DNA of 64,000 bases from contig JAYWIR010000076.1 in assembly GCA_036172245.1 (NCBI GenBank), positions 1 through 64,000 of the forward strand, given 5' to 3'. This DNA comes from Raillietiella orientalis. Lineage: Eukaryota. This document shows, piece after piece, positions 13,201 through 25,547 of the stretch. The translations under genes were made by a program, and so were the position numbers. Positions within the stretch are counted from its first letter, which is position 1. The number at the start of each line of letters is the position of its first letter. The notes below the pieces were generated by a model. That model saw nothing but the letters and a program-made list of their open reading frames with translations. It searched no databases and was not told the DNA's origin.

Positions 13201-14627
13201 TTATGTCACGCGACAAAGGACCACCATCCAGGGCGTGGCGTATGCCAGGGGACTGGACGCGCATCTCCGGTGCGGCGGAACATCTCCGTCAGTTCCTGAG
13301 AGGCGTCATCCTCCGCAACCTCGAAGACTGGGACCGCATGAAGGTCTCGGTCCGCGAGTTCTGCGAGGATTTCCCTTTGCACCGCCTGCCCCAAGGATTT
13401 GGTGAAGGGGCCCGAAACGAAAGGGCGTATTTGCACTCCCGTCGTTTCGCAAGGACCCCTGACATCCGTCGCTTGGCGGAATACAAAGCCGGGGCCGAGC
13501 GTCAAGCATGGCAAACCGGAACGCCCATCGTGCTAAACGATTTGGACCAGGAACACTCGGAGCCGGCTTCGATACGTCGCCTCGTGCGCGGATTTTACTC
13601 CTCTCTCTACGCAGGGGCACCTGCGGAGTGGAACGCTTCGCAGCGCCTGCTTCCAGATGGAGCCACGGTCATAGATGAGGAGGAGAAAGAAAGCCTCGAC
13701 AAGCCTTTTACGACCGGGGAAATCATCACCGCGATGAAAAGGCTTAAAAGGCGTAAGGCGCCAGGGAAGGACGGCCTGCCGGCGGAGTTCTTTCAGTGCT
13801 TCGTCGTAGAGCTGACCTCCCTGGTGCTCAAATTGACATCGCTGATCCGAGACCAATAGGAGGTTCCTTCCTCGTTTCGGACAGCCAGGGTGAGGCTCCA
13901 TTCTAAGGGAGGAGACCTTAGGAAATTAAGCAACTGGTGTCCGATCACCATAGTGAACACGTACGACAAGCTGCTGGCCGGAATGTGGGCTGCGCGGCTG
14001 GGACAGGTAGCTGACAGCTTCGTCAGCCCGGAACAGACGTACGCTGTTCCCGGGCGAAGCATGGAAGCGAACCTGTTCTTCGCCAGCACATGGTTCAATC
14101 TACAATACGAAGAAAAAGAGAAGAAAAAAAGAATAAAATGACGACAAACCTAATTTGGGTACGCCAGTGCGGCAAACCAGGGACTGCCGGGAAGGGAAGG
14201 GGGCTTTAGCGATCGCAGTCGATCTGCACAAAGCGTTCGATTACGTGGACCAGAAACTCCTTCTGGAGCTCCTGGATCGCATGGGCTTCCCGGACACTTT
14301 ACTGGGTTATTTGCGAGCCTGCTGGCGCAATGCGATCATTAACGTATTTTTTAGAGTACAGCATGTGTTCGGCGTACCGGTGAAACGCTGCATCCGGAGG
14401 GGAGACACCCTGAGTCCCCTACTCTTCAGCACCTATTTCGAACTGGTGCTGAGAGCATACAGGGTGACATTGGCTGCCCTGCCAAGCTCGTGTCCAGGAA
14501 AGCCGGGCGTGTCGGCGTACACTGACGATCTTTTGCTCCTGCTGCCCATGTCCGCCAAGGATTCGGCAGTCGAAGATTTCTTCGAATTGTTGAGCCATGG
14601 AACAGGACTACAGGTGAACAGGACGAT
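10243..14627 (-). mobile_element. Tx1-like element, family D type, 5'-truncated with 5' inversion (3' part 10243-11732 on minus; inverted part 11740-14627 on plus)
   Basis: Flanked by perfect 12-bp direct repeat GCCAGGTGGAAG (10231-10242, 14628-14639); 3' hairpin 10271-10243. Confidence 0.88.
12519..14627 (+). pseudogene. ORF2 endonuclease + RT (inverted segment), disrupted
   Basis: WNVNG, LLQE, GGDFN, SDH, KAPGKDG, DLHKAFD, YTDD. Confidence 0.9.
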
Positions 14628-16055
14628 GCCAGGTGGAAGCGTGGAACAGGATCGCCTCCATGCTTCGTCATATGCAGCATGTGTCAGTTCCGTGCTAAGG
14701 AAGATGTTGGCAACCCGTCCCAACCTCTCTGCTTAAACCTTAGCTAGCAACTTGGCGTCCGCATTCACTATTGTGATGACACGGCAGTTGTTCATGCTCC
14801 TGAGATCTCCTCCCTTAGGGAGGAGCCGCACCTTTGCCCAACGAAACGAGGCGCGAACGTCAACTGTCTCGCGTATCAGCAAGGTGAGTTGCAGTACCAG
14901 GAGGGTGAGCTCAGCCGCGAAAGCTTAGTTTAACTCCGCGGGCAGGCCGTCCTCTCCTGGAGCCTTGCGCCTCTTGAGATTTCCGATGGACCAGAGGATC
15001 TCGTTCAGCGTGAAAGGCTCGTCGAAGGTCTTTCTCTCCTCCTCCCCGGTCGCTGGAGCGCTTTCCAGAAGCAGGAGTCGTGAGACGTTCCTCTCCGGAG
15101 GTGCAGTGGCATACAGGGAGGAGTAGTAACTCAACAGCAGGCCGCGGATTTGGGCGGGTGCCGAGTGCTCCTGGCCCTGATCGTCAGGGAAGGTGGCCGA
15201 ACCGGACTGCCAAGCATGCCTCTCGGCTCCCGCTTTGTATTCCGCCAGCCTGCGGATGTCAGGGGTCCTGGCGTAACGACGGACCTGCAGGTAGGCTCGT
15301 TCGTTACGGACCCCAGTCCCAAAACCCGTAGGTAGGTGGTGCAGAAAGAACTGGTCGCAGAACTCCTGGACCGATCGCTTGAAGCGGTCCCAATCCTGGA
15401 GTGTCCGCAGCCTGAAGCTCCGTATGAACGTGCGAAGATGTTACGCTACGTCCAAAAGCTTCCGCCAGTCCCCTGGGAGATGCCACGCTGACGAGGGGGG
15501 GCCCCTGTCGCGCGGATGGATCTCAAGGACTAGCGGGCGATGGTCGGACAGCTCGGCGGTAACTTGCCGCGCCTGCCCAAGCGAGGGCACAGGTGCTCGT
15601 CAAGAAACACGTGGTCAATGCTGTCCTCCATCCTCAGTGCACTGACCAACAAATTACAGGTGTGCACTGCCATGCACACCTCGTTGACGAGGTCACGCTT
15701 CTTTTTCTGCCCATCTGGTTTCAGGCGAACGTTAAAAGCGCCTGCAACCAGATGGGCATTCCGCACGCCTACTCCGATCAGCCAGTCGCGCCGGAGGGCA
15801 AGGAAAAACTCTTTCCTCGCCCTCCTGTTGATCAGATCCGCGCCGCTCGGTGCGTACACGTTTGTGACGATCAGATCGATCGAGTCGGACCACCTGAAAG
15901 TCAGCTGGCCGACACGACCGTGATCGTCGAACCGTACGCTCCGAGCCGCGGCCCCGACAGCTGGCCGAAGCAGGTAGGCGACACCGCAACTTTTCGGTCT
16001 CCCACACCTGTACCATAACCGCCCTCCGGTGATCCGTTCGATCTCCCGGTCTCGT
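14628..16055 (-). pseudogene. Family B ORF2, endonuclease to start of RT, disrupted
   Basis: YAPSG..FNVRLKPDGQKKKR..SDH..KAPGEDG..NADAKLLAKV; homologous to 44600-45593. Confidence 0.88.
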
Positions 16056-16169
16056 ACAGTACAGACGTGTTTCCGCGTCTATCCGCGCCAACGATGGGGC
16101 AACTTTGTGCCTGCGTTTTTGCTCGCACTTGTGTGTTCCTGTGCAATCTGCCAAGTAGCATAGTGCAAC

Positions 16170-18073
16170 ATGGCCAGTACACAGGATAGTGTGGAGCAGC
16201 AAGCCACTGGATGCACTTCAGCTGCAGTTGAAGTGGCCGCATTCTCCGTAATGGTTTCCTCGCCCCCGGTGCGGAGTTACTCCGCCGTTACCTCCCAAAC
16301 ACCAGGACCCTGCGATGCGGAGTTCCAGGCATATGTGTCATCAGGATACATGCCTGCACTCCGTTATAAGGTCAGTGGGCCCCTTAACGGGAGTATCGGT
16401 CGTGAGCTCAATGATGAGCTCGTCCGGATCGGCGTTCGCGAGGAGGAAGTCCTTGCCATAATGCCTCCTGGCAGGATGGAAAATACGAAGATTCGGTACA
16501 AGAACGCAGCACTTGTGCAGCGCCTTCTCCGTACGCCGTTGACCTTCAATGGCAAGGAAGTCCTACCTACCGCGATGGACGACTCTTTTGTCGTTCAATT
16601 GTGTGACATCGAACCGGAAATCTCCTACCGCGATATCGTAAGTGTGCTGGCGAAGTTCGCCACCGTGCACGCTCTGTGGAGGAGGCGAAATCTTCTTAAG
16701 GATTTCCCCTCTGTCCACATTGGACAAGCCTCCGCGCGGATCACCGTCGCGAACAGGCGTGTTGTGCCTGAGCAGCTGCAGGTGAACGGCACGGTCGTTC
16801 ACCTGTGGTTCATAGGCCAGACTCGCGCGTGCGAGCAGTGCGGCAAGGATGGGCACCGAATTAGAGAGTGCCCCTCTCCAAGATGCCGCTATTGCAAAGA
16901 TTCCTGGTACGAAATCAAAAAGTGCCCGGTACTTGCAAGAAAAAGAGCCGCAGCGGAAATTCTTCGGGTTCAAGAGACCACTGAACGAAAAGCCGCAGCG
17001 GCAAATAAAAAACGTCGTCCGCAAAAACTCGCAAAAAAACCACGAGCGATCCGCGGATGAAAAGAAAGCATCCTCGCCCGCAACGCCCCGTAAGGGGAAA
17101 GTCACGGCGGGGAAGCCAATTAAAAAGGGGCGCGAGGGTTTGACGCGTGCCGTGCCTTCCCTCTCTGCCGAACTCGCAGGCACCTTTCCGAGCCAGGAAC
17201 CAGGAAATCTCCGTAACACCCTGGAGGGAAAGGTAGGAAAACAGGAAGATCGCAACAGTGCGAAGACTTCTTGCCCCGTTCCGTTGTACCTTCCGAGTTC
17301 CGGACAGCCCCACTGCAGCGCAGGCCCCTCTGCAAAGGCTACGAAAGCCGTAAAAATCCGCGTCGGGACGAGCAAAAGCACGCTGCATGCAGTCGTCCCA
17401 TCGCCAACTCGGCAGGAGAAAAGCAATCTCCCGGCTGTCAAGAAGTTGACTCCGTTGCCGCCTTTTAAAGGCGTAGCGAAAGCAACGCCCCCAGAGAACG
17501 CAGCGAAAATCGCTGAGGTTTTCGCAACTACTGTCGCGGAAGCCTCCGAAAATCGCGAAGGCGAATGGAATCATGTGGAGTGGAGGAAAGAAAAATCTCC
17601 AAAAAAAGCTCCGCAACATCCATCCGTGAGCTCTTACAAAGGAAAAATGCATTCGCGGGAATACGAAAACATGCGCAACTTGTGCCTCTTCCAAGGAAAA
17701 AGCCAGCGCCTTCAACGCGTGCAAGTCCGCTCCTTTGACTGCCGAGAAGACCATTCCAATGCAATCGGAAGGATGCAAGCGCACGTCGATCGTGCGAGCA
17801 TCAGACTCCGCAAAGGAGTCCGATAGCGCCCCTGAACGACGCGTTACTTGCGCGGGAGCGAGCGCCCGCAGGGCTGAAGCCCTGAGGCGTGACACTCGCC
17901 GCGGAACGGCGAGTGCTCACCCCGGAACCCACAGGTTCTGCACCCGGGAAGGAGCACCCGATTACGTGCAGCACAGTTGAGGACGGTGGCGACCGCGCCC
18001 TCCAGCCCGTCGTGCGGCTTCGTGCCCGCTCGCCGGGTGAGGCGAGCACCACGGCCTCGCTTTCCCAGCCGTG
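16170..18073 (+). pseudogene. Family F ORF1 (CCHC knuckles, long basic tail), frameshifted
   Basis: ORF pieces 16170-17060 and 16849-17826. Confidence 0.8.
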
Positions 18074-21000
18074 ATGAGGGCAATCGCGTCTTCTCGTCGT
18101 GTTGCCGTAACGTCTTGAAACGTCAACGGGCTCCAACACGAGAAGAAGAGGCGACTAGTGGCTGACGCTCTGCGCGCCTTCGACTTCACGCTCTTGTAGG
18201 AGATTCACAGCATCTCCGAAGAGCAGGCTCGTATACCTTGATGGACACTTGCTCTCTCGAGTGGCTCGGAGAGGTCCCGTGCCGTCCGTGCTTTCAGACC
18301 ACAACAGGCTCGAGTTCGAGTTGCTCCCGCCAGGCAAGGGGCCTCCAAACTGTTTTTGGAGGATGCCGGCAGACTGGCTAAGCCACCAAGAGGCGGCTGA
18401 GCATCTTCGCAAGTACCTCCTCGGCTTTGCCATAAGTGAGCTCGAGGACTGGGACGATCTGAAAAGTTCGGTCCGCGAGTTCTGCTGGCGGTTTCCCTTG
18501 CACCAGCTTCCGCGGGACTTCGGAGAGGGCGTAGCCAACAGCAGAGATTTTCTGCAGGCCTGCTCCTTTTTCAGGCGCGCGGACTTGGTCGATTATCCGA
18601 GTACAAGGCCAAGGCCAAGCGCCAGATCTGGCAGTCAGGAGCGACAGTTCTGCTTGATGACCAGGACCGGGAATGCTCGGCTCCAGCCGACGTGCGACGG
18701 ATAGTCAGGCGCTATTACTCTTCTCTGTATGCAGAGGCACCGACGGAACGCAGCCTCTCCCGGCTGCTTCTGCCGATTGATGCACCTGTTGTAGACGAGT
18801 AGGAACGCGCGCGTCTTGATGAGCCCTTCACGGCCGAGGAAATTTCCTCGGCCATCTCGGGGCTCAAGAGACGAAAAGCGCCAGGCGAAGATGGGCTCCT
18901 CGCGGAATTCTTTCAGTGTTTTGTGGCGGAGCTCATCCTTCTGGTGCTCCAACTCTCGTGGCTGATGCGAGACTCGGGCGATGTCCCCGCCTCGTTTCGC
19001 TCAGCGAAGGTGCGTCTACTGCCGAAAGGCGGAGATTTGCGCCAACTGAACAACTGGCGTCCGATCACATTAGTGAATTCGGACGTCAAGTTGTTCTCGA
19101 AACTTTGGGTGGGGCGGATGGATAGGATCGCGGAATCCTTGGTAAGTCCGGAGCAGACGTACGCTGTTCCTGAGCGGTCCATGGACGCGAATCTCTTGTT
19201 CATCCGCACATGTCTGCAATTGCAGCATCGTGTGGCGGTGGATCGTCGTGCGGTAGCGATGCTTTCGATCTCTCACCGAAGGAGGCGCGGGACGCAAAGG
19301 GAGACACCGGGAGCCTTGGCGGTTGCAGTCGATCTGCACAAAGCTTTCGATTGCGTGAGCCAAAAGCGTCCTCTTGAACTTGTGGAACGTCTGGGTCTTC
19401 CGGCATCCCTGTTGGCGTACTTGCGCTCCTGCTGGCGCCACGCGATTACATCCATTGTTTTCAGTGGCTGTCGCGTGTACGGCGTGCCGGTACGACGAGG
19501 AATTAGGCAGGGTGACAGCTTAAGCCCACTGCTCTTTAGCATCCATTTTGAATTGGTGCTGGAGGCTTACAGGCTGACGCTAGCCAACCTGCCGATCTCC
19601 TGTCCAGGTACGCCGGCCGTGGCAGCCTATGCCGACAACCACCTTCTCCTGTTGCCCATGTCCATCCCGGTGACATCGCTTTAAGACTTCTTTGAGGTGA
19701 TTCGTCGCGGTGCGGGCGTGAGCGTTAACAGGAGTAAGTGTATGGTTGTTCCGTTGGGTACGACGTGGGAGGGGCAGTCCAACTGGATCGGTCTGAGAAT
19801 CCCCACGGGCAGGTACCTCAGGTACCCTGGCGTGCCGCTGGGCGACTTCTGCATCTGAGAAGCGTGGTCGGACTGCCTTCGGAAGGCAGAGCGTGCACCT
19901 GGCCCATATTCAGGAGGCCATTTCGTCTTGCCGGAACGGGCCAGCATCTGGAACATCTTCGTTGCCCCCCTCCTTCGCCTCCTGTTTTTTGTTTGTCCAC
20001 CCCCCCAGGAAGTCAAAGTCTGGGAGCAGCGACTTCTACGCAAAGCGTTGTGGGCCGCTGCTAGATTCCGTTTTAGACTTAAAGACTTGGTGGCGCCGCG
20101 TCAGGATGCAGGCTTGGGCATCCTCGACTTAAACAGCATCGAACTGCAGGTGCAGTTCCGCATGCTGTTGCTGTGTGCGAAGGCTGTGGTGTACGCCGTG
20201 GTGCTCACCCGCACGCCTTATACTGAGGCGCTGCTCGTGAAGCCAGGGACTGATTTCGGCACACCAGAATTGGGTTTGGCTTTCCGCTAAGGCAGCTGTC
20301 CTGATTGCTGGAAGCCCAAAGCTGGAAATTCTGCCGCCTCATGAACATTAATGCATGGCGGCAGGAATCTTTTTCATCGTTGCAGCTTCCGAAAAAACGA
20401 GCCCGGAAGATCTTCGGCGCCTGCGACTTCTCCTCAGTCATCCAATGGACGAAGTCATGCAGGACAAGAAGATGTCGGATCGTCTGGCCGCCACACCACT
20501 CGCCGCAGCGCTGTCTGCCCTCAGGGCAAGCAACGACGGTTGCCTGCCGGCGGAATGAGAGTTCTCCTTCAAAATAGCGGGAGTCAGTAAGCTCCTCGGC
20601 AGCTGGACGACAAAGGAGCTGGTGCAAGCCGCCAACCTTTGGAATCGGGCAAACGACCTGCTTCGGTGGAGTAAACATTGAAGTGTGCCCCCCGAAGAGA
20701 TTGTGGTTCCCCTTGTTTGTTTGGACAGCTCCGTGTTCCCCCTAAAGTGGAAACAAGACGTGATGCTTTTTTTACATTGTGCATTCCACTGTAATAGGAG
20801 CGATGCATCGTTTCCGGGGGAACTGCTTTGCCAAACTGTTTGAGGTGCGGAGAGATCCAGTCTTTTCCGCACCTTTTGCTGAATTGCGATGACCTCCGGG
20901 AACTGTGGCGTAGGCTCACTTCGGCCATCATGCAACAAGGAGGCACTGCCATTGATGTGCTGCGGCGCTTCTTCAGCAGAAATGGACTTTCGGTTGGCGC

Positions 21001-21190
21001 GATTGTCGCAACCATGTTTTGCGTTCGCGCTATTGCGAAGGCCCGCTACGCCCTGGAGTTTTCAGCGCAGCGAAGGGAGGCTCACCTGCTTGCAGCTCAA
21101 TTCATGGAGAAAGCTGCATGGTGGTCTCATCTCCGTGACAAGATGAATGAGTTCATCATCGGGATACATCGCCGGTTTACAGACCTTTGA
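18074..21190 (+). pseudogene. Family F ORF2 (EN with internal deletion near 18230, RT, C-terminal domain)
   Basis: NVNG, SDH, KAPGEDG, WRPITLVNSD, DLHKAFD, YADN, CLRCGEIQSFPHLLLNC. Confidence 0.88.
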
Positions 21191-21720
21191 GAACGGCGAA
21201 ATCCGGTGACCCCTTCGACCTCTCGCCCACCGATATCCCGTCGCCGTTCGCTCGGTAAAACTTTTCGTGCCCATGCTTTTATCCCCGTTTCTTGCAGAGC
21301 GATCCCAAAGACCCTTATCTCGTCCTCCTTATTCATTGTTTTGATTTTATTTTTGTTTCTTTGTGTTCCCCGCCTCCGCACACCGTTCGCAAAACTGTTA
21401 CTCTGGCCTGCGTGCCAGCAATATTCTCTTCATTCTTGTGCAGTCGTCGGTTGGGACTTTGGTTCCCCACTGGTTTATTTTGTATAATTGTTTTTTTGTT
21501 TATGTTATATGGAATAAACGCCCCGGCGTGACCGGGTGAGAAATCTCTTGCGCTTGTTTTGCGGAGATCACGCGGATCTCCTGCAGCAGCGCAAGGTCGT
21601 GGGACTCCATAAGGGTTGCCATGTCTCGTCTTCTGCCGGCGTCTGTCATGCCGTTGACGTTCCAAACGGCGATGCGCAGACGACGGCGGGAGGAGATTCC
21701 CAGCATTACTGCTGGGAAGA

Positions 21721-23330
21721 TTAAGGTGCGGGGGAGCCCTCCTCTTGCGAGGAAGGCGGGATGTCCATGGGGGTTTCGGCCTTCTCAGGCACCTGAGGCA
21801 CCTGTTCGGCCTCAACCCCCTCCATCCCTTCCGTGTCCGCGCGTGGGAGTCTCTCAGGAGACGGTTCCCGAGAGTTTCCCACGCTCATGGGACCCTCGCT
21901 TGCGGAAGTTATCTTTTCCCCTTCGACGGGAGAGGCGGGCTTCCTTGGCTTTGTGGACTTACGTCCAGCCTTCTGGCGCGGTGCCGTGGAAATGGAGGCT
22001 GCGCTTCCGGCCTCCACCTCGGGGTCTGAAGTGGGGGACTCCTGAGGGGAGGCAAAACGCCTTATGGCCTTCTTGCCAACCTTGGAGGGTTCTGGCTGCA
22101 ACGTGGCAGCCAGTTCCTCCGCAGCTTGCGCGAAGGCTACGTCATCGATGGTGGTGTCGATGACGGGCGGTCGCCGCCCCCGGCTCGCTCGAATCGCTGT
22201 TGACGGAGTCAATTGTGGGGTTTTCGTCGGTAGCGGCAAGTTGTTTTTCGCAGCGGTCGGGAATACGTTCCACGACAACGCTGCATTCTTTTATCTGCTC
22301 GCTTGCCTGCTGTTTTTTCTGGCGGTACACGATCTTTTTCTCTAATCTCCTCTCCTTCTTTGATTTTGTGGTCGTTGCCAATTGCCACCCATTCTCCTGG
22401 CCTGCTCCCTCAACTTTTTCGGCGTTGTTTGCCGGGGTCTCGGGTGCGGCGTGGGCCTTGGGCGCGGGTGGCACAGCCTTCGCGGCAGCTTTCGCCGCCA
22501 GCCTTTTCTGCAGAAGCCGGGCGCGTTTTTTAAGGTTTGTCTTGAAAACCACCCACACTGCTGCTTCAAGGCACACCTACCTCGTGTTACACATTGTCCC
22601 GTTTACTTGGCACTGCACGTTGGGACACCTCTTTTTGAAGTGGCCCGACGTATTGCAGAAGCCACAGTTTTTCGGCTTCCCTACATACCAGAGGTCGACG
22701 GTTTCGCCTTCGATCACCAGTTTGTGGGGAAGAGTGCAGCCCTCCCGAACGGTCACGCGCGCAGCCGTGAGGCCGGTTTGCAGCCCCGGGTAGTCCTCGA
22801 AAGGACTTACTTTCGTCCACTGCGCGTGGACCGTTCCGTATTCCTCCAACGCGACGCGAACCTGTTCCTTGCGCATCCGCGCGTTAACACCTAACAGGTG
22901 GACCACCATGCTACGGTCCAGGGTAGTGGGGAGGAGCCTGCGCGTCCCCATCACAACGGGGGTTTTGAGCAGTCGTTGGGCCTGCTCTGCATGCGTGGAG
23001 ATGACCTCAACGTACTGACCCCTGCTGCAGATGGTCATAGCGCTGAGCTCCTCCTCTTTCACATCAAGAGCGCGCATGCCCTTCGAAAAGGCGCGCGCTT
23101 TCTAAAGAATAGACATTGCCTACCTTGTAGAACAATGAGGGGTTATACCCCTTCTCCAAATAGGCTGACAATTCCGCCGCGGCTGCAGGCGATGGCGCCT
23201 ACACAACGGCGGTCCACGCCCGCGCTGCAGCGGGAACCGATTCTGTAAGGGCGGATGCGCCCACCTCCATCGCCTCTGAAGTCGGCGTTGCCTTTGCCCC
23301 CTGGTCATCCTTGGTGTTCGCGGCAGGCAT
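21721..23330 (-). pseudogene. Family B ORF1 (CCHC knuckle), frameshifted
   Basis: LWYVGKPKNCGFCNTSGHFKKRC; homologous to 39550-40524 and 55816-57170. Confidence 0.85.
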
Positions 23331-23424
23331 CGCTGCCTGATCGACCACCGATCCACACGACGCTAGCACTGGGGGAGACTGCTTGGCACAAGGAGCACCG
23401 AGAAAACACGTCCGCCCTAGAGCG

Positions 23425-25323
23425 CACAAGGCGGTCGACTGCGTTGACCAGGAGCTACTGTTGGAGCTCCTGGGTCGCATGGGTTTCCCACCCTCCCTTC
23501 TCTCCTTCCTGCGCTCGTGCTGGCGCAACGCCATCGTTAACATCTGCTTTTCTAGCCAACAGGAGTACGGCGTGCCGTTGCGGCGGGGCATACGGCAGGG
23601 CGATAGCCTCAGTCCCCTGCTCTTTAGCACCTACTTTCAGTTGGTGCTGAGAGCATACAGGGTGACTTTGGCTGATCTGCCCAGCTCGTGCCTCGGCACG
23701 CCCGCCGAAGCAGCATACGCCGACGACCTTCTGCTGATGTTGTCCATGTCCGCCCTGGCAGCCGAAGTCGAGGATTTCTTCGACCTGCTAAGTCGTGGGA
23801 CTGGACTGCGGGTAAACAAGGCGAAGTCGTCGGTCGTACCGGTGGGTGCGACGTGGGTTTGACGGCATGACAGCATTCGCTTGGGGATCCCCGCGGCCAG
23901 GTACCTGAAGTACCTGGGTGTCCCGTTGGGGGACTTCTGCCTCGCAGAAGCCTTGTCAGGTCGTCTCCAAAAGGTAGAGTTGGCAATCGGCCCGTTCCTG
24001 GAAGACAAGTTCCTTCTGCCGGAACGGGCCGCGTTGTGGAACGCGTTCGCGGCTTCCATCCTCCGCCCCCTGCTTTTTGTTTGCCTCGTCCCACGTGACA
24101 TCAAAAAGAGGACCAATTTCCTACTCCGCATCGCCTTCTGGGGCAGCGGGAGGCCATGTGGGCCTCTAGATGACTTATGCGCTCCTCGTCGGGACGGCGG
24201 TCTCGGCCTCCTGACGCTGGAGCGCCTGGACATACAGCTGCGATGGCGCACCCTCGCCATCGCAGCAGAGTCATGGTGCACCTTTTGGTGCGTTCCGGCC
24301 CGCATCCTCGCCTGCCGTGTGTCCAGGACGCAAGGACTCGCGTCGTGCCTTCTGTGCTCTGGCAGGAAGGTCAGAAGATGCGGCCTCCTCCGTGGGCGCA
24401 TGAAAGCCCTGGTGAGATACAACGGCTGGACGGTATGCAGCCCCGCCAACTTCTCCGCCTGGATGGAGGAATCCGTTGCGACGTGGGCCAAGCTGAACCT
24501 CCAGACTTCCGCGGACTGGAACCGCCTGCGATTCGGCCCCAATGCCTGCTGCACACTGCGGAATACTCTGGAGTGTCCCGCCAGGAGCACGTGAGCGGAG
24601 ACTACCCCTCTAGCTTCGACCCTGCCCTTCCTACGAAGGGCTTTAACCAGCGGCCGCAAGCCAGAGTGGCAAGTCTCCTGCCGAATCGCAGGCAAGGAAA
24701 AGAAGATGAGCGGTTGGACCATGGGAGAACTGGCAGATGCCACGACCCCGAGTGCCCTCCCGTGTGGACTTCGTCGATGGGGCGAGCTGCTCGGCATCCC
24801 GACGGATGACCTGAAGTGGCCCCCAATATTAACAGGATCCAGGCTTCTCCCCCTGAAGTGGCAAGATTCGGCGCTGCTGCTGTTGCACTGGGGTGTACCC
24901 TGCAACGCGCGCCGCTTCCACTGGACGCGGGGAAGTGTAAGGCTTGAGTGTGCCAGATGTGGGGATAGGGAATCGCTCCTCCACCTACTTGTTGACTGTG
25001 CTGCCCTCCGACCCCTGTGGGAACGGTTCGGGACGACCCTCAAGCTCCCAATGGGCAGCGCGCCCAGAGACGTTCTTCGGCCCCTCTTCGTGCGGGACTC
25101 CCTGCAGCCCGCCGCAGCCCTCGCAGCCCTCTGCTGCATCCGGGGCATCGTGGCGGCCTGTAGCGACATTCGCGACGAAGGAGTGGATGCCAACGCGAGG
25201 GATGTCATCCCGTATGCGGTCTGCTTCATGCAGAGAGCTGCGAGATGGCCCCATCTGGGAAGCATGAAGATGGACCTGGAGGTCATCCTGCGAAGGATGG
25301 GCATTCCTCCCAGTGGATTGTGA
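23425..25323 (+). pseudogene. Family A ORF2, second half of RT + C-terminal domain
   Basis: GIRQGDSLSP, YADD, YLGVP, CARCGDRESLLHLLVDC; in-frame stops. Confidence 0.9.
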
Positions 25324-25547
25324 TTTCTTCCTTTCCTTCCGAACTCTTTTTCGTTTTCCTTATCTTTATTTTTTCTTTTTGTTTTGATCCCTTTCCCCCT
25401 CCACTGCCGAGGAGCGTCACGCCGGGCTGCGTCCCAGCGTCTCGGCAAGTCCGGTGTTGTGTGGCCGTTTGTGGGGCCTCGTACCACGTTTATGTAGAGT
25501 TTTTTCAATAAACGCCCCGGGCGTAACCGGGTGTCAACCACCGCTGG

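Larger units (their letters stand above)
16056..21542 (+). mobile_element. Tx1-like element, family F, both termini present, degraded
   Basis: 5' motif AGACGTGTTT 16063; ORF1 from 16170 with CEQCGKDGHRIREC; ORF2 18074-21190; 3' hairpin 21513-21542; degenerate 15-bp TSD (16041-16055 vs 21543-21557, 10/15). Confidence 0.9.
8022..23424 (-). mobile_element. Tx1-like element, family B, full length but split (own sequence 8022-10242, 14628-16055, 21543-23424)
   Basis: 5' motif 23413-23404; ORF1 about 23330-21721; ORF2 starts MLGISSRRRLRIAVWNVNG at 21706; segments rejoin across TSDs at 21543/16041 and 14628/10231; 3' hairpin 8050-8022. Confidence 0.85.
5677..25537 (+). mobile_element. Tx1-like element, family A, split by nested insertions (own sequence 5677-8021 and 23425-25537)
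   Basis: 5' motif at 5681; ORF1 from 5766; EN/RT up to DLHKAFD at 8021, resuming at HKAVDC (23425); 3' AATAAA hairpin 25507-25537. Joining the two halves into one copy is inferred from a 13/16 TSD match. Confidence 0.8.
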
